DNA of 64,000 nucleotides from an uncultured Anaerolineaceae bacterium (GTDB taxonomy: Bacteria; Chloroflexota; Anaerolineae; Anaerolineales; UBA11579), in NCBI GenBank assembly GCA_964572455.1, contig CAZNFL010000002.1:1423-65422 (forward strand), in the 5' to 3' direction. Below, piece by piece: positions 1-10,517 of the stretch. Made by a program: the position numbers and the translations under genes. The notes under the pieces are model-generated. The model was not told the origin of the DNA. It did not search any database and was given only the letters and a program-made list of their open reading frames with translations. Numbering within the stretch: position 1 is the stretch's first letter; each line of letters opens with the position of its first letter.

Positions 1-526
1 AGATCCCTCGACGACCCCACTCTACAAAGAAAAAGCAAGACCACCAGAATAGTGCCCAGGCCAAGGCATGGTGCAGTTTTTTAAGCGAAAGCATATCTTG
101 CAGGGCCAGCGGCATAAGGCAGGCGGCCAGGGTAACCAGGACGGCCAGCCAAGGGTTTTTTGTGTACTCCGCGATAAGAAGCCCCAAGGCAACAGCCGCC
201 AGGATGACCAGAATGTGGGATGCAAGGTAGAAAACAGGGGGATTGTAGCCAAAACCGGCATAAAGGCCTGTAACTAAGATGCCATGCAGAAAACGTCCGC
301 GATCTCGTTCGAAGAAGAAATGTGTAATGCTATCTTTCCAAGAGTGGAGATAGGGGAAAGAGAAATCAAAAAAGGCTTCTCCGGTAAGGTGACCAGGTAA
401 AAGCTTTGCAAATAATAGTAGAGTTACCAGGCCTATCAAACCAAGGCCGACGTAAATTACTGCCCGCTTTGCCGGGGTATCAAAAAATTGATAGAAAGAA
501 CGTCTAATTCTTTTTCCAAGCTGCAA
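1..526 (-). CDS. Partial multi-pass membrane protein (GT-C/Gtr-like), runs off window start
   Basis: Hand-translated open minus frame from TTG at 526: LQLGKRIRRSFYQFFDTPAKRAVIYVGLGLIGLVTLLLF...DRGRFLHGILVTGLYAGFGYNPPVFYLASHILVILAAVALGLFI... It has several hydrophobic helices and is not in the ORF track because no stop falls inside the window. Confidence 0.6.
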   Translation of the reverse strand, partial: MQLGKRIRRSFYQFFDTPAKRAVIYVGLGLIGLVTLLLFAKLLPGHLTGEAFFDFSFPYLHSWKDSITHFFFERDRGRFLHGILVTGLYAGFGYNPPVFYLASHILVILAAVALGLLIAEYTKNPWLAVLVTLAACLMPLALQDMLSLKKLHHALAWALFWWSCFFFVEWGRRGI

Positions 527-674
527 TGTAAAATTCCCAACAAGCCAAAGATTTTGATTCCCGAGTGTTCATTATAAAGTTTTTTTGCCGCATCCTTGCC
601 AGCAATTAGCCCTTCTAAGGCTATTGAAAAGCGCATATAGAAAATTTGTTCAATGTTTGATAGAATCCCGCCCC

Positions 675-3260
675 ATGGCCAACCTTGAAAGCCTGCTGGC
701 CCGCTGGCGCGCCGAGCCGACTATCGGCGGCAACATCACCCACTGGCACCTGGAGCCGGCCCGCCCCGGCGCCTTCCGCCCCTTGCCCGTTGAGATGCAC
801 CCCGCCGTAGCCGCTGCCTTCGCCAAGCTGGGCTACGCCCAGCTATACAGCCACCAGGCGGCTGCCTGGGAGCGGTTGCAGGTGGGCGATAACATCGCGG
901 TGGTTACTGGCACCGCCAGCGGCAAAACGCTGTGTTATAACCTGCCGGTCCTGGATGCCCTAATGCGCGACCCCGATGCCCGCGCCTTGTACCTTTTCCC
1001 CACCAAAGCCCTCGCCTACGATCAGAGTAATGAGCTCGACACCTGGCTGGAAGCCATGGGCTTGCCCTCGAGCGAAGCGAAAGGCAAGCCCTCGAGCGGA
1101 GCGAAGGGCCACAAAGCCGCCATCCCGGTCTCGACTTACGACGGGGACACGCCCACCCATCAGCGCAGCGCCATTCGCCGCCGGGCGCGCCTGCTGATCA
1201 GCAATCCCGATATGCTCCACCATGGCATCCTGCCCAACCACACCGCCTGGGCGGAATTCTTCGGCAATCTGCGCTATGTGGTCATCGACGAGATGCACAC
1301 CTACCGCGGCGTGTTCGGCTCGCACGTGGCCAATGTGCTCCGCCGCCTCTCGCGCATCCTCAAATTCTATGGCGCCCGGCCGCTTTTCGTTTTGGCCTCG
1401 GCCACCATTGCCAACCCGGGTGAACTGGCCGCCCGTCTCATTGAGCAGCCGGTCACCGTCATCGACCAGGACGGCGCGCCGCGCGGCCCGCGCCACTTTC
1501 TCATCTATAACCCGCCGGTGATCAACGCCGAGTTGGGTTTGCGCGCCAGCTTGTTCCAGGAAAGTGTGCGCCTGGCTTCCGATCTGCTGGCTTATGACGT
1601 GCAGACCATCCTCTTCGGTCGCACGCGCCGTATGGTGGAAGTCATGCTCAAGACCTTGCGCGAGAGCAGCCACGCCGAAAAAGATGCAGTGCGCGGTTAC
1701 CGCGGCGGTTACCTGGTGGCGGAACGGCGTGCCATCGAAGCCGGGCTGCGCAGCGGGCAGGTGCGCGGGGTAGTTGCCACCACCGCCCTGGAATTGGGCG
1801 TGGACATCGGTGGCATGGGCGCCGCCGTGCTGGCCGGATACCCCGGCTCGGTAGCCGCCACCTGGCAGCAAGCCGGCCGCGCCGGCCGGGGGGCCTCTGC
1901 CGCGCTTTCCATCCTGGTGGCGTCCTCCAATCCTCTAGATCAATTCCTGGCGCGCCATCCGCAATATATCCTCGGGCGCAGTCCGGAACACGCCCTGATT
2001 AACCCGGATAACCTGATCATTTTGCTTTCCCATCTGCGCTGCGCCGCCTTCGAATTGCCTTTTTCCAAAGGCGAAAATTTTGGGACCGTACCCTGCGCGG
2101 ACGTGGAAGAATTCCTCAAGCTGCTCGCTGAAGGCGGCGAGCTGCATGTGTCGGGCGGTAAATATTTTTGGATGTCCGAACAGCAGCCTTCTCAGAACGT
2201 CAGCCTGCGCGGCGCCGGCTCAGACTCGGTCGTCATCCAGGTCGCCACTGACAAAGGCTGGGCGTTGGTGGGTGAAGTCGATCCCAATGGCGCGCAGCGC
2301 CTCGTGCACCGCGAAGCTATCTACATCCACGATGGAGCCACATATTTTGTGGATAAGCTGGATTTAGAAGAGAACGTCGCTTATCTGCGGCCTATCGAAG
2401 CCGACTACTACACCATGCCTCAGACCCGCAGCACGGTCTCTCTGGTCGAGGAGAAGACCCAGGCTCCCGTGGCCGCCGGCAGCAAACATTTCGGCGAGCT
2501 GAACATCACCGAGGAAGTCTATGGCTTCCTCAAGATCCAGTGGTCCGGCAACGAAATGCCCGGCGGCGGGCAGCTGGATCTGCCGCCCATGCAGCTCAAC
2601 ACCTTCGGCTACTGGGTCGCCCTGGAAGAGGCCGCCATCGAGCGCCTGCGCCAGCGCGGCCTGTGGAGCAATGATCCCAACGAATACGGCGCCAACTGGC
2701 CCGCCCAGCGCGATGCTGCTCGCGCCCGCGACTCTTACACCTGCCAGGTGTGCGGCGTGCCTGAGAACGGCCGCCCGCACGACACACGTCGCATTCACGA
2801 CGTACACCACAAGCAGCCCTTCCGCAGTTTTACTTCCGTTAAGGAAGCTAATCGCATCGAGAACCTGATCACCCTGTGCTCCAATTGCCACCGCCGCGCC
2901 GAAACCATCGTGCGCATCCGCAGCGGTCTGGCCGGCCTATCCTTCGTCTTGCAGCACCTGGCTCCCCTGTATTTAATGTGCGATCCGCGTGACCTGGGCG
3001 TCTATTCCGACCCCAAAGCTGATTTTGCGGACGGCATGCCGGTGGTGGTGGTCTACGACCAGTTGGGGGACGCCCTCGGTTTCAGCCAAAAGCTGTTCGA
3101 GCTGCACACCGAACTCATGCATAGCGCCTACGATCTGGTGAAGGAATGCGATTGCGCCGACGGCTGCCCCTCCTGCGTGGGACCCGGCGGCGAGCTGGGG
3201 CAGGGCAGCAAGCGCGAAACTCTGGCTTTGCTGGAAGAGCTCATCGGGTCAGCGAGCTAA
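675..3260 (+). CDS. mrfA: DEAD/DEAH-box helicase with C-terminal DUF1998 (MrfA/YprA/Hrq1-like) carrying an inserted HNH domain
   Basis: Motifs LYSHQ, TGTASGKT, DEMH, SAT, ALELGVDIG, QQAGRAGR and C-terminal CDCADGCPSC. Internal CQVC..DVHH..N..NLITLCSNCH. ATG 675 chosen because TAGAAT lies just upstream. Confidence 0.85.
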   Translation: MANLESLLARWRAEPTIGGNITHWHLEPARPGAFRPLPVEMHPAVAAAFAKLGYAQLYSHQAAAWERLQVGDNIAVVTGTASGKTLCYNLPVLDALMRDPDARALYLFPTKALAYDQSNELDTWLEAMGLPSSEAKGKPSSGAKGHKAAIPVSTYDGDTPTHQRSAIRRRARLLISNPDMLHHGILPNHTAWAEFFGNLRYVVIDEMHTYRGVFGSHVANVLRRLSRILKFYGARPLFVLASATIANPGELAARLIEQPVTVIDQDGAPRGPRHFLIYNPPVINAELGLRASLFQESVRLASDLLAYDVQTILFGRTRRMVEVMLKTLRESSHAEKDAVRGYRGGYLVAERRAIEAGLRSGQVRGVVATTALELGVDIGGMGAAVLAGYPGSVAATWQQAGRAGRGASAALSILVASSNPLDQFLARHPQYILGRSPEHALINPDNLIILLSHLRCAAFELPFSKGENFGTVPCADVEEFLKLLAEGGELHVSGGKYFWMSEQQPSQNVSLRGAGSDSVVIQVATDKGWALVGEVDPNGAQRLVHREAIYIHDGATYFVDKLDLEENVAYLRPIEADYYTMPQTRSTVSLVEEKTQAPVAAGSKHFGELNITEEVYGFLKIQWSGNEMPGGGQLDLPPMQLNTFGYWVALEEAAIERLRQRGLWSNDPNEYGANWPAQRDAARARDSYTCQVCGVPENGRPHDTRRIHDVHHKQPFRSFTSVKEANRIENLITLCSNCHRRAETIVRIRSGLAGLSFVLQHLAPLYLMCDPRDLGVYSDPKADFADGMPVVVVYDQLGDALGFSQKLFELHTELMHSAYDLVKECDCADGCPSCVGPGGELGQGSKRETLALLEELIGSAS
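1064..1109. repeat. In-frame tandem 24-bp palindromic (REP-like) repeat inside the helicase gene
   Basis: gccctcgagcgaagcgaaaggcaa / gccctcgagcggagcgaagggc, encoding PSSEAKGK-PSSGAKG. Each unit is an imperfect hairpin. Confidence 0.7.
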
Positions 3261-3323
3261 AAAGAGACTACGGGAGGCAATTTGGAATTCTAGAGTTAGC
3301 GAAGATATTGGCGTTCTACGGCT

Positions 3324-4748
3324 TTACTTTTGCTGCGTGACTGCGAGAAGAACTTCAAAAACCTTCACCATGGCCATGGTATCTAAACCGCAATAGATTA
3401 GCAAAGCTTCAGAATATTTCTTTGCATCGTCGCCGGTCAGCTCCCCGCTAACAATTCGGTTCCATACTTGCATAGCTTCAGTGCCATCAGGTACGAGAAG
3501 TTCGCCGTATTTCAATTGAAGGTCACTCACTAGGACGGGTAAAACTTTCTTAATCGAAGCGCTTCCATGAAAATCCCGGTGTACATAATGACCTTTGCTA
3601 AAAATCTCCATCAAGTCAAAAATCCGGTTGTTGATATCGGTCAGGAAATCGGAATACTCTGGATGGGCTTTTGCCATTTCCTTATTTCGAGTAGCTTCAA
3701 ATGATTTACTCCAAACAATAACAGATCCCGATTTGCCGATATTTTCTGCCATATGTGTAACTAAGCTTCTACCTGCATCACCTTCTTCTAGCATTAAATA
3801 TTCGCGATGCTTCAATTCCGCACCAGGCGCCTCTAGAATATGTAATGAGTACTGGAAAGCGACTTGGTTGTAAGGAGATTGGCCGTCGTAGCGAGGTATT
3901 GCTGAGCTATAAGCCTCGTAATCTAGGAAATATATTGGGTACTCAAGGTTTTGAAGTTCTGTTGCAATAGCCTCTGCATCAATTACCGGGACCCCTGTTT
4001 TTACTGCCATCACTTGCTTGGCTTGGCTCTCATTTAGCTGGAAGCCATCAGGAATATCTCGGATCCCAAAAATCCCCTGAGAAACCAGGTCGTCCGCAAC
4101 TTTTTGCGTTAGCCTAGCAAGGTCATAAATAGGATATGTAGGTAGATCGGGATGGCAATACTTAGGACAAGGGCACTCTTTTGGTGAACGACAACCTATT
4201 ATGTCCACTCGTTTAATAGTGCTGCTTACTTGCAGGGCTTGAGCTCTTTCCGTCTTTACTATTTCTACTAGTTCTGTAATTTCCTCCTTTGCGTTATGGA
4301 CAACAAAGAATTGCGAGAAATCTATGTTGCCAACTTTTACATAAGTTTTATTAACGTAAACCGCATATACATCCCTTAGGGCAACGGTAGCACCAACAAC
4401 CAGGTATTGGAAGGCTAATTCATATTTATGTGTTGTTTTTAATGACGTTGAGCTTTTGACTTCATAGATGTCATAAACTTGCTTCTTTTTATCTAAAACC
4501 CACGCGTCGACACGGGCTTGATAATCCCCGTCAATAAATGTGCGCTGTGAACCGAATTCAAATTCGTCCTCTTGGCCGCTGAATTTCGTTTTTAGATAAT
4601 CAACGGCCAGTTTTTCAACGACTTTCCCCTGCTCCATTAGCTGCCGTTCGAAATCTGAGGGAACGACCTCTTCCAGTTGCCTATTAATCTTCGCCCATAG
4701 ATGCATAGGCGCTTCAAGATAAAGCAGGAAGTCTGTTTTAGTTAGCAT
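3324..4748 (-). CDS. DUF2779 domain protein (N-terminal PD-(D/E)xK-like, C-terminal RNase H-like exonuclease fold)
   Basis: ARVDAW..YEVKSST, YPIYFLDYE..AIPRYDG..PY.QV.FQYSLH, GSASIKKVLP, YCGLDT; AT-rich. Confidence 0.75.
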   Translation of the reverse strand: MLTKTDFLLYLEAPMHLWAKINRQLEEVVPSDFERQLMEQGKVVEKLAVDYLKTKFSGQEDEFEFGSQRTFIDGDYQARVDAWVLDKKKQVYDIYEVKSSTSLKTTHKYELAFQYLVVGATVALRDVYAVYVNKTYVKVGNIDFSQFFVVHNAKEEITELVEIVKTERAQALQVSSTIKRVDIIGCRSPKECPCPKYCHPDLPTYPIYDLARLTQKVADDLVSQGIFGIRDIPDGFQLNESQAKQVMAVKTGVPVIDAEAIATELQNLEYPIYFLDYEAYSSAIPRYDGQSPYNQVAFQYSLHILEAPGAELKHREYLMLEEGDAGRSLVTHMAENIGKSGSVIVWSKSFEATRNKEMAKAHPEYSDFLTDINNRIFDLMEIFSKGHYVHRDFHGSASIKKVLPVLVSDLQLKYGELLVPDGTEAMQVWNRIVSGELTGDDAKKYSEALLIYCGLDTMAMVKVFEVLLAVTQQK

Positions 4749-4805
4749 ATTTGAATCTAACCGAGAATTCTATGAATTAAGGTATCCGAACTAATAGTAT
4801 TGCGC

Positions 4806-7322
4806 TCACTTTATTAATGCAACATCAAGCGCAGAAATGTAATCTTTGATATTTCCGTCTCTAATACTTTGGAAATATCGGTTGAAATCATTTGGTGTAA
4901 GGAAATTGAATTTGTATCTTTCTTCAGCCTTGTTTTTTTGAAGATACTTGTTGATTCGATTAAAATGAGCTGAAGCATATTCACCCTTCTTTATGTTCTC
5001 GGGAGAGGGATCCTTTATTTCGTCGTCATCTTTTATCTCAACAACCAAAACTAACCCGTCTAGTTTTACGAAGAAATCTGGATTAAATTTACCGCGCTTT
5101 GGATGTTCGCCTTTTTTCCAAAAAAAGTCAAGATCATAAAACCCTATTGGGGTTGACTTTATCCATGCTCGGACATATTGAGTGTTGTCGGGACTTATAA
5201 GTTCCTTGATAAATCTACGTTCGTTATTGTGATCAGCCACCACTGCATTGAGGGGGGTTTTGAAATCATAGTGATTTGCTACCCTTACGCATTTAAAGCC
5301 GCTCCCTTCTTCAATGGCTTCTTCGTAGAATTCCCTATACTCCTCTGGCATGTTTTCTTTAGTCTTGCTTGTATAAAAAAAGGTCTTACCATTTTTTAGA
5401 TCGGATGCGCTGGCACTTTCTTGGGGTCGCTCCGTTGTGGGCTTGGCATAGTAGTTTGTGGGCTCGAAATCATATCTAACAACTTGGCTCGATTTTCTTT
5501 TGAGTGTACCTAGAGATTGTAAAAACTTCTGGCGTATACCATCGGTTATTACTTTATTATTGCTTTTTTTAAGCGACAACCTAATGATCTCCTCCAGCTT
5601 GTCTACAGGAAATTCGCGTATGTAAAAATCCCTATCATCCGGTTCAGGCAAGTCTTCAAATCGCTGATACATGACTTCTGCAACTTCATGTGTAAAAAAA
5701 GTCTTATGTTTGATCTTTGTTTTCCACTGGGTCCGCGCTCCAGTGTCGGCTTCTTCGAATTCAACTCTTATTTCCTCAACTTGTTGTTCGGTTGGAAGAT
5801 CAATGTATCCTTTTGCAAACAATTTGTATTTCTTATCCATAGGATAAGTCTCAATTCGAGCTTTTGGTTCATACTCTATGTTCAGCAATGCAAAATTGAA
5901 CTCGGATGAAACAACTGGAAATGTTGGTACTCGCTTTTCGAATTCCATTACTTCATAAACTAGATGGCGAATATCATCAGCCCACTTGTCGTGATTGAAA
6001 ACAGTTACCTCTGGTTGGCTTCCCTTCCAGCCGTCAGGCACACGCAGGCCACGGCCTAGCACTTGTGCGATAAGTAGTTTGCTTTCAAAAGCCCTTTTCT
6101 CGTGTGGGACGATCTGAAAAACGCGGTTTACATCCCAGCCCTCGTTAAGCATAGAAACTGACAAAATCCACTCAACTTTACTATTAGAGCTATTTACGCC
6201 TGCAAGGCGCGGTAAATCTGGCGCGTTGCTATGAATTACTAATACTTGCTCATCAATCTGTTGGGGACTTTTTTCGGTCTCAGCCTTCAAAAAAGCCTTA
6301 AATTGTTCGGCTACATCTTTACAGCCTCGGATATCCCTTGTAACAATGATGGTTAGTGGGCGAAGTTTATGAGCCTTGAGTTTGCGCCGGATTTCTTCGT
6401 GACGATTGAAAACTAGTTGCCATCTCTCTTCCTCCTGTTGTCTAGTTTTCGGCATTTCCGCAACGTACTGCACTTTTTTGACGAACCCCTCTTCCATTGC
6501 CTGACGTAATGAATAACGATAAATTACATCTGAAAAGTACTCATTACCAATATAGCAAGTGCCAGAAACCCCGATGACATATCGAAAGGCGTAAACGGGA
6601 TCTGTTAAGAACTCCTTCCATTTTTTTACTCTATTTTCGACTTCATTTGCGACATGGTGCGTCTCGTCATTCAAAATAAGTGTTCGGTCCCCTTTGTCTT
6701 TCAAGCTATCACGTATAGACGATCGAACGTGAGCAAGAATCGCATGGTAATTTTCTACACAGATACTGCCAGCCACAATACTCTCGCTAGCGTTTATTAC
6801 TCTCGGTGCGTTAACAACGGCTTTTGCAGGTAGAAGGTCGCGCAAATCTGCGTTTCCAGCTAATAACTGGAATTTTTCCAGAAGCCCAGTTTCAATTGTT
6901 GTTGATGGGCAAAGTACCAGAACACGATCAACCACACCTTCGGCAAGCATAATTACTGCAATTCCGTACATTACATAACTCTTACCCGTTCCTGTGGCCA
7001 AATCGAGGGAAGCAGCTAGTTGGTCTGGTAGCTGCAAATGATGCCCCATATTTTCTATGGATCCATATTTTTCACGCAATTCCGAGTTGCGCTCAAAATT
7101 CTTTCTCGCCAGTTCTTTCAAATCTCGATACTCGTTGCCAAGCAAATACCTAAGAGCGACCCGTATGGCTTCTTTTTGATATTCCCGAACACCGCAAAGC
7201 TCGTCAATAAACGGCTCGTATTTATTTTCGTCCCACTTGCGGCGATCAACAGAAGTACCAACTTCAAGGACTAGATCTTCGTTGTGAAAGCTTTTAATTC
7301 CGTTATTTCGTCTTCTTGCCAT
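4806..7322 (-). CDS. res: Type III restriction endonuclease Res subunit
   Basis: DLATGTGKS, DETHH, LNEGWDV, QVLGRGLR helicase motifs; C-terminal FNPDFF..VEIK nuclease motif; directly downstream of the methyltransferase. Confidence 0.85.
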   Translation of the reverse strand: MARRRNNGIKSFHNEDLVLEVGTSVDRRKWDENKYEPFIDELCGVREYQKEAIRVALRYLLGNEYRDLKELARKNFERNSELREKYGSIENMGHHLQLPDQLAASLDLATGTGKSYVMYGIAVIMLAEGVVDRVLVLCPSTTIETGLLEKFQLLAGNADLRDLLPAKAVVNAPRVINASESIVAGSICVENYHAILAHVRSSIRDSLKDKGDRTLILNDETHHVANEVENRVKKWKEFLTDPVYAFRYVIGVSGTCYIGNEYFSDVIYRYSLRQAMEEGFVKKVQYVAEMPKTRQQEEERWQLVFNRHEEIRRKLKAHKLRPLTIIVTRDIRGCKDVAEQFKAFLKAETEKSPQQIDEQVLVIHSNAPDLPRLAGVNSSNSKVEWILSVSMLNEGWDVNRVFQIVPHEKRAFESKLLIAQVLGRGLRVPDGWKGSQPEVTVFNHDKWADDIRHLVYEVMEFEKRVPTFPVVSSEFNFALLNIEYEPKARIETYPMDKKYKLFAKGYIDLPTEQQVEEIRVEFEEADTGARTQWKTKIKHKTFFTHEVAEVMYQRFEDLPEPDDRDFYIREFPVDKLEEIIRLSLKKSNNKVITDGIRQKFLQSLGTLKRKSSQVVRYDFEPTNYYAKPTTERPQESASASDLKNGKTFFYTSKTKENMPEEYREFYEEAIEEGSGFKCVRVANHYDFKTPLNAVVADHNNERRFIKELISPDNTQYVRAWIKSTPIGFYDLDFFWKKGEHPKRGKFNPDFFVKLDGLVLVVEIKDDDEIKDPSPENIKKGEYASAHFNRINKYLQKNKAEERYKFNFLTPNDFNRYFQSIRDGNIKDYISALDVALIK

Positions 7323-7324
7323 AG

Positions 7325-9205
7325 TTACTTCCGCTTTTTAAGTCGCTGAACTTTAGCCGTAAGTTTCTTTTTCTCAATGAGTATTCGCGATTCGTTCCCG
7401 TAAATATCCATAAAGACAAGCATGACATTTCCGCGAATTTCTTTAGTTGGAAGCTCAATTTTCCATTTCTGTTCTTTGGTCTCATTGGCATAAAAGACTT
7501 TATCCAAATCAAATACATTGTTTTTAAAATCCAAATCAACCATTATGATAGAGAGAGCGTCGTGATTGCTGATTTTATCTTTTCCTCTCAAACGAGCGCG
7601 ACTCTCAAATTGCTTGATGGCGACGGAAACGGAACCCTTTTTTGCAGAAATCTTAAGGTCGACAAGCGGCGGTTGAATAAAATCAAAACCAACGGCTTCA
7701 ACCGTTTCATTTACGGCCATTTCATCGTTTGGTTGAGTAAGGGCAGAAAACTCCCGCCTATGCAATTCGTTGATGTAAGAATATGGGATACGGAGGGCGT
7801 AATAACGAACGTGGTCTATTTCAATGTAATCTTCCTGAAATAAAAACGCACCGCGCGGAGCAATGATAAAGCAGCGATCTCCAACCGCTTTGCCGATGCT
7901 CGCATGTATATCGGCAATTGTTTCGCGACTCACTGCTCCTTTGTCAAAGTGGTTAAATACGTGAACACTAGACCCTTGCCTCCGACCATCCATCTGGAAA
8001 CCATGTATTTTGTATGGTTCGTCCTTGCACTCGAACAGGTGTAGCGCAAAAAACCGCCAATCCTCCCAAGGTAATTTGCGTAAAGTTTCAAAGTCATACA
8101 AGCCAGCGTTATAAAGTGTAAAGGGTTTAGCGGGTAGTGTTTTGCCGGAATTTCCAATCCCAGAATTTAATGTCAGCATTCGTTTTTGAGTAGTATAAAT
8201 TGCTAACTTACCGCAATCAATTCCAATCCACCTGCGATTTAACTTTTCAGCAACAGCGCAAGTTGTACCTGACCCTGCAAAGGCGTCAAGAACAATATCC
8301 CCCTTATTAGAGGAGGCGTTAATAATTCGATCTAGCAATCCTTCCGGTTTCTGCGTTGGGTATCCGGTAGCTTGTTTTGCGAAGCTAACGACCGCCAATG
8401 ATGTTACACCCTCCTTCTCAAAAACACCCCAGACGTCTTCGATTGGCAATCCCTGGCCTTTCTTTCGGCCACCCCATCTCTCATAACCTTTTGGATATGG
8501 TAAATACTTCTTGTTAAAAATGAAGTTATTACCACTTTTTGCATAAAAGAGAATTGTCTCATGGTTTCGGATCCAGTTCTTGGCAATCGATTTGTAACCA
8601 GAAATCCAACCTATGCGCCAAATTATTTCACGCACAAAATTTTGTTCGCCAAATATTTCGTCCATTAAAACTTTTGCGTAATGCGCCTTTTTCCAATCAA
8701 GGTGTATGTAAATACTTCCATCTTCCGAAAGTAATTCCTTAAGTAAAATAAGTCGCTTGCGTAAAAATTCCAAAAATTCTGCGCCAGCTATTTTATCCTG
8801 ATACGCTTTTTGATCCTGACTTCCCTTAAATTCTCTCTTTGTAGCAAAGGGAGGATCAATGTAAATAAGGCGCACACCTGGAGTACCGTCAGAATTCATT
8901 AACTTTCCGTTATGTTTCATTTGTAAAAGTGTTTTCATTGCTTGCAGGTTGTCGCCAAAAATGAGCTTATTGTGCCATTCGTTGCTACTAGTTCCAAATT
9001 TGCTTACCTCCTGGAACGGCACTGCTATTGTGTCAGCTAGTATTTGTTCCTCTGTTTCTTTCCCACTGTAAACAAGCTCGTATTCGCGGCGCTCCGGCGG
9101 GAAGAGTTCTCTCGCCCATTCAGCCGGAAGCTCTTCGCCTTTCTCGGTAAGCTTTAGACCTCGTTTAATTAGTTCATAAAGTTTCTGCTGTCGAATACTG
9201 TCCAT
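7325..9205 (-). CDS. mod: Type III R-M DNA adenine methyltransferase (Mod)
   Basis: [32 protein letters not shown] (beta-class motif order); AAGGAG RBS. Confidence 0.85.
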   Translation of the reverse strand: MDSIRQQKLYELIKRGLKLTEKGEELPAEWARELFPPERREYELVYSGKETEEQILADTIAVPFQEVSKFGTSSNEWHNKLIFGDNLQAMKTLLQMKHNGKLMNSDGTPGVRLIYIDPPFATKREFKGSQDQKAYQDKIAGAEFLEFLRKRLILLKELLSEDGSIYIHLDWKKAHYAKVLMDEIFGEQNFVREIIWRIGWISGYKSIAKNWIRNHETILFYAKSGNNFIFNKKYLPYPKGYERWGGRKKGQGLPIEDVWGVFEKEGVTSLAVVSFAKQATGYPTQKPEGLLDRIINASSNKGDIVLDAFAGSGTTCAVAEKLNRRWIGIDCGKLAIYTTQKRMLTLNSGIGNSGKTLPAKPFTLYNAGLYDFETLRKLPWEDWRFFALHLFECKDEPYKIHGFQMDGRRQGSSVHVFNHFDKGAVSRETIADIHASIGKAVGDRCFIIAPRGAFLFQEDYIEIDHVRYYALRIPYSYINELHRREFSALTQPNDEMAVNETVEAVGFDFIQPPLVDLKISAKKGSVSVAIKQFESRARLRGKDKISNHDALSIIMVDLDFKNNVFDLDKVFYANETKEQKWKIELPTKEIRGNVMLVFMDIYGNESRILIEKKKLTAKVQRLKKRK

Positions 9206-9497
9206 GTCACTCCTTAAACTTGGTCGACCGTTTGGCCTTGTCTAATCATCATATCTATCTTGCAAAATTCTTACACCTTCTAAGCTAGTAGAGCTAGCGA
9301 ATAGGTTCGGAGCGGCATCATCGAACTAACAGGGACCAACAGCTTGATAAATGACATCCATTCGCTCCGCGCCTTCCATTTTATGCTTAAATATGGTTTG
9401 TGGAACGTCTTTTAAAGAAATCGGCCTTTTTTCCAAGAAGGAGAAAGTGCTTCAACCAAGTCTTGTCAAGCACCTTGAAGTTACGGTGATTATGTAC

Positions 9498-9968
9498 TTA
9501 GCAAACGCATACGGGTAAATCTCTCATATTGGAAGTTAGCAAGAAATAGATTGCGGTCGCTAATAAGATGGTTGTGGCAAGCTGAAACAATACCGACCAG
9601 TCGCAATAAACCTTTCTATCAGTTGTGAGTGGTGGCGTATCTATCCGTCTCTGAAATTGTTCAAGCGATTTATTAATGATCTCCACGCTTATATCTCTGC
9701 AGTTGAAAGCCACCAATTTATCTTTTTGGTCTGCCTCAAATACTTTTACAAGCCAAAATAGGTGAAGCCCAAAAACTGCGACCGCGGCAATCAAAATGAT
9801 TGATGGCGAGATTTCTCTATCGCGTAACAGAGTAGCAGCCCCGATAAGAGCCCCCCAGAACGCAAGTGCAACTTTCCAACTGTACTCGCGCCTGTTGTCA
9901 AATCGGGCAATATGAAAATCGGCCTGGCGCATAAGCTCATTTATTAGGGGTAAGTCTTTTTCGTTCAT
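9498..9968 (-). CDS. Hypothetical membrane protein (about 3 TM helices), IS passenger
   Basis: 156-aa ORF, GAGGG RBS, ATGA overlap with the upstream ORF; its stop abuts the putative IS end. Confidence 0.7.
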   Translation of the reverse strand: MNEKDLPLINELMRQADFHIARFDNRREYSWKVALAFWGALIGAATLLRDREISPSIILIAAVAVFGLHLFWLVKVFEADQKDKLVAFNCRDISVEIINKSLEQFQRRIDTPPLTTDRKVYCDWSVLFQLATTILLATAIYFLLTSNMRDLPVCVC

Positions 9969-10105
9969 CTATCCCTCTTTTTCTTTGGCTTTTTCTTGGC
10001 TTCAGGCTTCACTTTCAAGAAAGCTGCCATGAGCTTTTTGAAGTTCGCGCCATGAAGTGAGATGGGCTTTTCGTTGGTGGTTTTCTTTTCTGTCTTTTTC
10101 ATCAT
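9965..10105 (-). CDS. Small Lys-rich protein (46 aa), IS1595-associated type
   Basis: MMKKTEKKTTNEKPISLHGANFKKLMAAFLKVKPEAKKKPKKKRDR; ATGA overlaps with both neighbours; below the ORF-track length cutoff. Confidence 0.6.
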   Translation of the reverse strand: MMKKTEKKTTNEKPISLHGANFKKLMAAFLKVKPEAKKKPKKKRDR

Positions 10106-10353
10106 TCCTGCCATTCCCCGCCCCATTCCTTAACGATCTCCATCGCCTGTGATGCGCTAATTTTGTCGTATTTTTCGCCGTTACCGCCCAGACCAGACAT
10201 GTTCCAAAGCAACCATTCGTGATCTGTCCATGAGCCGCCCACGGAACGATTCCAAACCTGTGCAAGTGACCCATTCTCATAGCGGTACAGGGCGACTGGC
10301 TTGCCAAAATCAGGCAGGTTAGGCGTGTGGCCTTTTAGGACTACATACTGCAT
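10102..10353 (-). CDS. Hypothetical protein (83 aa), IS passenger
   Basis: Trp-rich ORF translationally coupled to the next ORF; TANNNT just upstream of the ATG. Confidence 0.6.
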   Translation of the reverse strand: MQYVVLKGHTPNLPDFGKPVALYRYENGSLAQVWNRSVGGSWTDHEWLLWNMSGLGGNGEKYDKISASQAMEIVKEWGGEWQE

Positions 10354-10442
10354 AGACTCATACTATAATCCTTTAAGAAAATGCCCGTGAGCGTTTGCCG
10401 CGCCACACGGGCAACAATCCTTGCGCGGTTGAGCCATTAAAC

Positions 10443-10475
10443 GACAACAGCGACCCTTACACGGTCGCTGTTGTC
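10443..10475. terminator. Perfect 13-bp stem hairpin downstream of the transposase remnant
   Basis: gacaacagcgacc-cttacac-ggtcgctgttgtc; a second hairpin tgcccgtg...cacgggca at 10382-10413. Confidence 0.5.
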
Positions 10476-10517
10476 AAAATACAAAAACGGAACCCGAATA
10501 GATTTTAACACGGATTT

